Assembly: GCA_965153455.1 (NCBI GenBank)
Contig: OZ234494.1
Span: 3,596,001 to 3,660,000, forward strand
Reading direction: 5' to 3'
From: Sphagnum compactum
Taxonomy: Eukaryota
DNA: 64,000 nucleotides
Shown here piece by piece: positions 54,240-64,000 of this stretch. Position 1 is the first letter of the stretch. Each line of letters starts with the position of its first letter. A program made the position numbers and the translations under genes. The notes under the pieces were generated by a model. That model was not told the origin of the DNA. It did not search any database and was given only the letters and a program-made list of their open reading frames with translations.

Positions 54240-56222
54240 GCCCTGTCTGTCCTTTCTTTTCCTGAACGCCTTCAACCAATCACTGCTGCTGCTGCTGCTG
54301 CTATGTGTACTGTAATTATCAATGTGTTCTCGACCCTCGTGCATTTAATGCTGAGTTTCAGTATTTCATACTTTTATTTAATAAAATTTCATGACTCTGC
54401 GGCGGACAACAGCCAGGAGGGGATGAAGCATCAAATGGGGGGTGCAACTCAGGCCCAACAGGGCATGACTTTATGGATAACTCAAAGGTCCTCCCCTTCT
54501 TTTTTTTCTTGTGACTCTATTCCCTATCATTACCATAGTTGTTAGGTCTTCTTGTCCCTTTTAAATCCACTAATTCTTTAATAGGCAGTTGTTGTTGAGC
54601 ATGGTTAACTTACTTGTTGGTGATCACTCATTAATGTGCTTGTCCCTCCTCCAATAGCCAAGGCACCCAAAAATAATCATGCCAAATGTGATCATGGCTA
54701 TGCTCACATTCTTGCAAAATGACCAACTCGGCTACCTCCATGCTTGCCTTTCTCCCGAGTGTGAATGCCAATAATAATGTCAACAATCAACTGTTCATCT
54801 TCATTGTCCTCAAGCTTTGCTTCCATCAAATCATGCAAATTCTTTCACCACTGCTCCATAGCAGAAACATACACAAGACACATCATGTATAGAGCATGAA
54901 GGACTTGAAGTCAGTATCCAAAGGCCCACAAGCTCCATCAATTTCGAGCCTTGAGGGGAACAAGATGACATGCAGAAGTTAAAAGTGATGGGAATGGGTT
55001 GGGGTGGTGCAAAAAATTGCCATTACATGATGAGCCATCTCCACCAAAACTGCTGCCACTTTGCAACTACAGGGATGGTTGCCCAGGCAACAGTGGAGAT
55101 GCTCTAACAACTAGCCGGCTAGGACTCATAAAAGAAGAGCTTGAAACTAGAAGAGTGATAAAGGACAAACAAAGTTTTATTTGTCAGGAACTAGGCAACA
55201 AGAGTATTATGTCAAGGAAACTGTTTACAGCATAATTAACAAATCTTAAGTCTCTTGAGTTTCAAACTTGGCATGCAAAAAAAGAGCAAGATTCTCAACT
55301 GTCATACCTTAAATCACGTAGTTGGTGGTCTGGAGTCAACAGTTCCACAGTTCCACGGGTTGCCATGAACTTGTGCAGAACTCTGGTCATACTGATGTGT
55401 GGGTGCCAAAGAGCTTTCTGAATCCTTGGAGAAAGGACTGCCATGTTGCATTTCTATCACTGGACTTGGAAAGACATGAAAACATGAGAGAAAACAGATA
55501 TAAGACCAAGCCACAAATATGGGGTACTTTGGCTTTAGAGCCAACTCTGACCTCCAATGCATCTATTGCCCACCCATTTCTCTCAAGATCATTTCCTCTC
55601 TGACAGGCCTCACAACTGTTACAGACAAAGTAGCATTTCATTGTAGATGCATCTGCTGCAGTTCATCAGCTCATGCTGGTGTTTTCAAATCACACCAGCA
55701 TCCGAGGCTTGGTGGACCTCCCATGTTTTGACAAGAACAAACAGAGCACAGGAAACCTCACACAGCTTATGCAAACAAGGTTCAGGGATGAGAGCTGTGA
55801 GTGTCCATTGAGGAGACTTTAACTGTAGAATTCTTTTGCATTTTTTATTCATAACACTCAATTACACATCCGCTCTCAAAATGGCAGTCTGTTGCACTCT
55901 ATTTGTCACATCTAGCAAGCATAGTACTATCAGAAACAATTTGTCTCCACTAGGAGACGGCACAAGTCTTTAGTTCTCAAGACAGGCAGTTGTAAACATA
56001 AAACCTATAAATGAAGGGTCTTTCATGTATTCCACAGCCTGTTTGTCTAAGGGGTGTTTTAGACTGCAACTCTTTTGCATATACAATGAATAAATGCAGT
56101 CTACAGCAGGCCAAAGAATACAGCTGAAACACAGAGGCAATCATCCCTGCTTTGCTCAATTCCAATATCTAGTCTTGAGGGAGAACCCCAGGCTTCCTCA
56201 TCCCAACTGCTCAGAGCTGTCC

Positions 56223-59200
56223 CTAACCTGATTGCAATGGCTGATTTGATGTTTCCTGTGGTTGTAAAGCCATACTTTGGATTGCAGATAGGGTAGAGGG
56301 AATGTTTGCCCTCCGCAACTGTGTGATGCAGGTCGATGGTTTTGGAGAAGAATGAAGAAGGTGTCCCAGGCCTACGCGAGATTCCCCTGGGTAGTCCATT
56401 GTACTGCTGTTTCCTAGACACACACAGGCCAGCCTGTGCCGCCCAATCGCACATGTAGTCTTTGTTAGCACATCACAGTTCTTGGAGTAACTACAATGGT
56501 CTTCTCCAGCAGTAGCAAGAGAGCATTTTCCATCCTAAAGAGCATAGCACACCGATAATCCATCTGGCTCGAACAGGATTGTGTCAATGCCAGGACAACA
56601 GCTGCTGGCCCAATGAGTAGCAGAGTTGTTCCCAGCAACAGCCACCTCATCCCATCAACTCTCTTTAGTACTTCCAAATAAAGAAACCTGAATGCAAAAA
56701 TTATATTTGTAATCCCTCTTCTGATAAAGGATGACAAGATGTGCTTACTTGCTTAACTGGGTTTGCGCAGAGTTGCGTAAGTGGGCAAATGACATCATTC
56801 CCTAAATACCATACACCCCACACACAGCACACTTAGTGGGTTCCATTTGCTTGACAAACCCTGTCATGACCTCTCATCCTCCTCTCACAAAGAAAAAAGG
56901 ATGGCATCTCATGAATCCACCAAGACTGCAAGGACCATTGACTCCATGCACGCTGCCTACTCATATACAAAATGCAAAATGAGAAGCATCACTTGTGGCC
57001 AGACCAGGATCTAGTACTGTGGAATTTGTGTGACCAAAACAGTGGCAAAGACAATATATATTCTTTGTTATCTGATAGTTTCAGGAGTTGCCCAAGTCAT
57101 TGTCAGTTATCTGATTGATATTCTGACTCAGTAATTATGCAGCGTACTACTCAGGAGCATTGTATGCTACTTGGTTTCAAAACAGCCTGAGGAAACCAAG
57201 AATTCCTGGAAAATCAGATGCAGTAGAAGAAAGCCATGATCTTGAAGAACCAAGCAAGGCCTTCAGGAGAATCCACCCATGCAAAGCAGTGCTACAGGTT
57301 CACAGGGTTCCACAGGGCAAACATTGCATACTTGAGCAGTGATGCATAATCCTCTGCACCACTGTCATCCATGCTTCAAGTTTGGCCAGATAGTTCTGAG
57401 AAATCATCTGCCCTGGTCAAGGTTTCTAATTGATCCAAATTTGGTGTCAGTTTCACACAAATAGATATCATTTTGGGCAATACAGAGGTCAATCCAGCTT
57501 ACCTGACAGGGTGAGGCAGCTGCCAATGGTTTTGACTGTTGTTGCAAATCCTTTTGTTCCAAACCTCGCAGCTCTCGCAACTGCTGAGCAATCTCTTGAA
57601 GAAGCTTCATCTCTCCATTTTCACGTCTCAGAGATTCGATGGTCTGTTTCATGAGGTTCCTATCAGCCTCCAGTGCCTTGAGTCTAAGGGTTAGATGCAT
57701 AACCTCATCCTCCACAGGCAGCCTGCAGGCACTGTCCCTGCTGATTGTAGATGAGTTCCTCCTGACATTGTCATCACAAAAACCTTCCCACTGTCTGTCA
57801 ATACCTGAAATCCCAACCTCATCTTTGGATGCAACCTCATTGTTTCTCCTCTCAGGGTAGTAGGTGCCTTCTCCAACACCATCTTGTGGTGTTTCCTCCT
57901 CTTCATGCAAAATCAAAAGGTCTGGCTTTCCCAGTCGATCTGAATTTGACGGATGTCTTATCTCAGAATTCCATTCCTGGCTGTCCCATGTGTCTTCTTG
58001 CAAAACAACACCACGAGGCTGATGAGGTGCATTATGCACCTCATAAATATCCTGAATGAACAACTCTTCTTCCTCCCCACACTCGTCCTCTTCTGCATGC
58101 TCACCACCCATCATCAACCCTAATGTCTCATCATCCATTCCTCGACTTTCAGACTCTTCCTCTAGCTTGCCGGTGCCACTGTTGTCTCCCCTTTCCATCA
58201 AAGAAGATGATGGGTCCAGATGATTTCTTCCCATTACAACTCCCTCCTGAAAAAGCCATCGGCACAAGGGATTATCTTCTTCCTCTACAATCCTGGAGAT
58301 CACCTTCCTTGATGACTCTGAGGACCCAGTTCTCCCTTCTTGAGTTCTCATCTTAGATCTTGACTCCCCTGCACTTTGAGGCCTCCCTGTTTGAGCTGCT
58401 GCTGAACCTCTTCTTCTACTTCCCTGCTGATGATGCAATTGCTCTTCAAACTTGCACACATACTCTAGTACTGAAAGTCTCTTCTCTTCTAGTTCCCTCT
58501 CCATCATAATACCTGCCGCTTCAGGTTGCTGAGCTGCTGCTGCTTCTTCTTCTTGGGTGGTATCTGGAAAGCTCCATCTTCTCTTCATGCTGAGAAACTC
58601 TGCATCTTGCGGATCCTGTGACTGCCTAGGAGGAGGCACCCGTCTTGGTGGTGGTTGTTGCCTCTTGGTGGTGGTTGTTCTTCTTCTACCAGTATCTGTT
58701 CTGCTCTGAAACTCTAACCCTGCTGGATGGTGATGTTGTAGTGCAGCATTGCGCGGAGGTTCCGGCATAGCTTGGTTTCCCTCATCTACTTGTTGAGCAC
58801 AAAGCCTGAGTTTCCTTTTGCAAATCCTAATTTCCTCTTCAAGCTCATTCTTCTCCTCCTCATGTCTTGCAATGACCTCCTTGAGAACCTCCATCGCCTC
58901 GTGATCGTACATAGTCTTCTCCTCCACCATCCGCTGGTACTGCCGGGCTTCCATCTGCACAAGTGCCTTCTCTTCTTGTAGACGCGTGATCATTGCCATG
59001 GCTTCGTTTGCAGCTGTGGCTGCAGCATTCCTCTCCTTCTCCAACTCATGATACAAGGCAGCTTGAGCCTCACGCTCAACTGCGAGAGCTTTCAACAAAA
59101 GCTCATTCTTCTCTTCAATCTCATGGCCAGATTCTTCTTGGACTGCAAATCCCGCATGACGATGACCTCCTCCATCATCAACTCGAGTTGCATTGGAAGA

Positions 59201-59272
59201 GACTTCCATCATTTTTTCCTTTACAGAGGATAAGAACGGACTCTCCATGCCATCTCCAAGCTTCTCCACCAT
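56223..59272 (-). CDS. MYOB: GTD-binding / DUF593 myosin-binding protein, paralogue 2, no N-terminal TM seen; exons 59272-57503, 56801-56749, 56433-56223
   Basis: ALAVEREAQAALYHELEKERNAAATAANEAMAMITRLQEEKALVQMEARQYQRMVEEK. Blocks shared with paralogue 1 include FLSMKRR, DRLGKPD and RLKALEADR. It has the same 53-nt exon 2 (GMMSFAHL..) and a homologous last exon (RVGLGHLLH). Confidence 0.85.
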
Positions 59273-59599
59273 ATCCTAAAGCATCGATTCCTCCTCTTCC
59301 CTCCCTACTGTTACTACAACAAACACAAAAGCCCTTGAACTTTAGACTCAGAGAGACCCAACCCCGAAAAAAAAGAACAACGCCCCCCCCCCAAAAAAAA
59401 TAGGACGACAACAACAACAACAACAACAACAAACATGAACTCCTCTTGGAACTCTTCAATTCCTGGCTCATTTTTTGAGAAGAAAAAAAACCCCAGGAAG
59501 GAAAAACCAACCGCCCACCAGTCACATACCTCACATCATCATCGCATGGAATCGAAGAGCAAACGAGAATGTTGCAGGAGCACGGGATTCACGAAGAAG

Positions 59600-60135
59600 G
59601 AAACCAGGAAGGTCGCTGGCTGCCATCGCTGCTGCTGCTGTTGCCGCAAACCCACGATTTGTCTCGTCGCTGCCGCAAACGACCTCAAGTTCCCATGACC
59701 GTTCCGCCGCGTAATGTCTTGTTCTGGAACCAGGAAGTCTCCGTCATCGCTGTTGTTTGTTGCGGCAAAACCCTTGTCTGTCTCGTCGGCGCCGCAAACG
59801 ACCTTGAGTTCCCAAGGCCGTTCCAACATGTAATTTCTTACTCTGGGACGAGGAAAGTCTGCCGCAAACGACCTCTAATTCCCATGACCGTTCCGTTTCG
59901 TAATGTTTTATCCTGGACGAGCAAGTCGCGAAAACGCGGCTGTCGTTGTGGCTCTATAACCCTAACAACCTCAAATTTCTACGACCGTTCCGTTGCATAA
60001 TGTCGTGTTCTGGACAAGGAAATCAACGCCATCGCCGTTCTGGCGGCAAAACCCACCAAATTCGTCTCATCATTGCCGCATCTAACCACCTCAAATTCCC
60101 ATGACTATTCCATTGCGTAATGTCTCATTCTGAAA
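59600..60135. repeat. Degenerate tandem repeat (~60-125 bp units, ~5 copies) upstream of MyoB paralogue 2
   Basis: gccgcaaacgacctcaagttcccatgaccgttcc....gtaatgtc recurs. Confidence 0.8.
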
Positions 60136-63100
60136 AGAAGGTCCAGGCTTCTATTCTCCCTATTTGGCGGTTTGTTCTTTTTAACCCTGTCTGTGTACAG
60201 ACAAGGGTTTTATGGTATTTAATTAGTTTACATAATTTACGGAGGGTGTTGAATAGGCTTGTGTGTAGGTGTGGAAAATAAAAAAATAAAAAAATTATGG
60301 CCAATGAAATTGCTGGATTTGGTGGTCTGAATTTATTTTATTTAGTTATCTTGAGTGAACTAACAATTAAATGTGTAAATAGTCTTTGCTCCTAGGTTTG
60401 TGATTTTTTTTTTTTAGATGACCAATGGAAATGTTTAAAAGGGACCATTATGTTCAATGTTCAGCAAAATAGGGTTGTGTGTAAAAGATCGGAAGATTTT
60501 TTATTTTAAATTTTATGTTTTAAGCCAATGGGATTGCTGGATTGGGTGGTCTGGATTAATTATTTTGCCCCCCTTTTTTATGGAACACCATTTTGGCTTC
60601 AAGTTTTGGCTTTCTTTTACTTGGGGGTCTCTCTCATTTTCTCTTAATTTCCATTTATAGAGGATGGGAATGAATTAATATTTGAGTTATAGAGGATAAC
60701 AAGTTATTATTAGCTCATGACACTTCACCAATTTTACTTGTTGCCAATTTAATTTTGTAACTATGGAGGATATAACAATTAATATGAATTAATTTCTAGG
60801 TATAGGGGATGGCCATTTAATGAGCTCTCTACCTTGGCAATATATGCATATGCATAGGGGAAGCAATTCTTTTTTAGTCAAAAATGGTAGCATCCAAGAC
60901 CTTTTTTCTTTTTTCTTTTTTTGGAACAAAGGGGTGTGTCACACCAATGTGGACTTGCCATTTACATTAAAAAGTATAGATCTTAAGGCAAAAGAAGAAG
61001 AATTATGGAAACTCAAATATTTCACCCATGCAAAAATATACATAATCTTCAAACAAATCCTCTAAAACAAACCAAATTCCTTCAAGATGTTTATAACTCT
61101 ATTATAACTAATCTCAAGTTTCAACACAACTTAGCCAAAATATCATCTTTCAAGAATCCTCATATAAAAATAAATAGACCTATTATTATTTAATACCTAG
61201 GGGCCAAAATCCCCTAAAGCTACTATACTCTATAATGAATCTAAACACAATATTCTTGCCTTGGTAGGCAAGGCCAACAAACATGAAAATACCAGTATAT
61301 ATATATATATATTATTTAATTATTTATTTTAATGACTATTTTTTCTTTTCTTTTCTTTTTTCTTTTTTCATATTTAACTTGGGAAATGTTAAATTTGGAC
61401 CCGGTGACCCAATTCAGAAGTGTTTAGAATTCAATATTTGTAATGTTTAATCTAAGCAACCCCACAAATTCGAGGAGTGTGAGCTCACCCAACACGGTTT
61501 AGCTACACAATTTGCAAGTTGGGTGGTTGAATTTTTTTGTTAATTTTTACATCACCACCCATAGTTTCCATCCAAATGTAAAATGACACCCAAAAAAATG
61601 TTTGTGGGTTGCAGCACACAATTTATATACAACCGAAGGAATTAATGATATTCAGAAGAGCGCAGTTCTTTGTTATGATTCGGTGGATGCTTTTGTCGTA
61701 CCTGATGCAAAAGCAACGAAAAGAAGCTGGACAAATATTTATTGACAAAAGCTTTGAATCAATCCAATGATCACAACATGCAAAGATGATTAACTGAAAG
61801 GGAAATTCAAGTCAAGTCAGGCTTCTGAACCTACAATCAAGTACATACTTGGCATTAAAGTCGAAGCAGAGAAGAAAGAAGAATGACACAAAAGTGCAAT
61901 GACACAAAGTGAATCCCAACAACAAAGGAATGACAAAGTGAGGACACAGAGAGTATAGTAGACTAGATTAGAGAGAATGAGGTTGTCAGAACTCTACACC
62001 CAAACTGCCACTGAAGCACATTAATGTGACTAGAACACCTCCCAATGGCAGTCAGGCAGGTAAGTGATCACTTTAACAACAAATCTTGCATACAATACTT
62101 GTAGAGTGCCGTTGTTCTTCATGCTCTACTTGCATGCTGGCTGAGTGAGCTTCAGCTGAGCTCCAACTGAGCTCTTTTTGCAGGCTGGGCCAGGGAAACT
62201 TACTCACAAGATTGGATGTCCCAGTGAACCATCAGAACCCCACCAGTGCACCATGGAAAAAATATGGATGATGTGTCTGAAAAGGAAATACTTCTTCATT
62301 GAATTCCTTTCCCATGCATACATAGCGAACCACACCTCCAGAGTTAGCCATGTATCAAACCATCCATCCACATATCTAGTATCTATCTATAATTGTTGGT
62401 CGGTTATTGAGAACATGAGCTCTTCACAAAATGAAAGCCTCCTGAGCTTCAAACCAAACCTCCCTTGACATCTCACCTCTTATTGCTATGAACTTGCAAA
62501 CAACAGTTGGGATAGTCATCAACCTCTTGGTGCATTTGGTTCAGACCAAGCCTTTTTTTTTGTAGAAAGTTCTGTAACTAGATAAGCTCATATCACCCAT
62601 TGTCTCGTTCTAGGCCCTTCCTTGTTTATACCATTGTTGTCTGGCAAATTCTTGCTATTTTGAGAAATATTTTTTGAGAAAAACATGCTTTTTAAAACAT
62701 AAAAATGTCTTTTACCAAAAAAAAGAATGCACCACTTTCATTATTATTATTTCTTCAATGAGCTTGACTTCAGGTTTTTTTTTTTTAATTATGAAACCTC
62801 TAGTGCAATTTTGTGAAGTGTATTCTTAATTCTTAAACCTCCATATCCATTGTTCTTTCACAAAATGGGTCCTCTAGGATTGCAGATAGTACAAAGGGTA
62901 CTACTGTCTGCTCCTTTTTTCCCTGACTACCCAATTGCCCAACCAAGATGTGTCTGGTGCTGCCAAGACACAATTTTTGTGTCTTATTATTCACACTTTG
63001 GGTGTGTGTAACAGGACCCAAATTTGTGTCTGGGCATCATCCATCTTTTTCTTTAAAACATGGATTGGACCAAGAGCAGACAAGAACCAAAAAAAGCAGA

Positions 63101-64000
63101 CATTACTTTTGTACTATCTGCAATAAGGACCCATTGTTGACTTAAGATCCTTGACTATAAGTAGGTAACAAACCAGTGTTGTGCAGTTATCTCCCCCCCC
63201 CCCCCCCCCCGCCCCCACGGTAATCTTGAATATGTTGGATTACATATCCAAAGCACATGTGGATAGAATGGATGGACAAATCTTGGTTATTTTGAAGGAT
63301 GTATTTGCCTTTGAAATTCTAACAAGTTTCAAGTGTTGTTCAATGCAATAATGTGATTTAATCAACTCAAGATGACAATTGAAATTTTTCTATGCATCAC
63401 TTTGAAACCAATACTAAGGACAGCAAAGCGTCATAACTAGCATCCATGAAATGAGATGTTGAAATTCTTGCAATTAATTCCAAAGTGAATGATTTAGTTA
63501 CAACTAGAGTATATACACGTGATTCATGAAAGATATGATGCATCATAACTTACAAGTTTGGACACATAGGCATTAAGAAGACCTTAAAACGGAAGACCTT
63601 CAATGACAAATCAACTATTGTTGGTCGTTGAAGGTTTGCCATTGAAGGTTTGAGTTTGAGCCATCAAGATTTGGTTGAATACATTCACAACACAATGCAT
63701 GCATTTGAAATGGAAGGTGACTTCATTATATTTCAACATCTCAAGTGTTGAATATTTCTACTTTGATTCCATGGATTTCACATTTTGGGTTACATGTTTA
63801 AATGCCCATGGTGAGAAGATCCATGTGTCCCAAAAGGTTTTGACTAGTTTTGTGGATGATGCAAAACCATCTTGCTTGGTTTTTTTAAATCAAATTGTAT
63901 TTTGTTTCCATCCTTGAATGTTCTTTCAATTTTGTACACTTGAATTGAGTTTATGTCCAGTTGTTGGTTGGCATTTTTTTTCCTTGCTTCAGTCCAAGAT

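Overview
Eukaryotic nuclear DNA from a land plant, probably a bryophyte such as Sphagnum. That assignment is an inference from the AT-rich decayed intergenic DNA, GT-AG introns, telo-boxes and gene families, and it is not verified. Seven host genes can be reconstructed. They are an LLP/LAPS18-like gene (+), a 16-exon FAD synthase (PAPS-reductase plus MoCF/CinA domains, -), a mitochondrial-type IscA (+), an intronless type I MADS-box gene (+), an 8-exon TAF12 (+), and two tandem GTD-binding/DUF593 (MyoB-like) paralogues (-). The most striking element is a GC-rich, CpG-rich, apparently full-length but inactivated non-LTR retrotransposon at about 4577-8191 (-). It has zinc fingers, a YLDD reverse transcriptase, a CCHC knuckle, a restriction-like endonuclease and a poly(A) tail, which fits a CRE-like element. 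Its 5' leader contains an intron-like AT-rich segment. The window also holds a TA-flanked MITE with a nested 85-bp foldback, a 153-bp CACTA derivative with a TGT target-site duplication, a decayed pogo/DDE_1 transposase and many local tandem repeats. Exon coordinates were derived by eye and may be off by a few bases.
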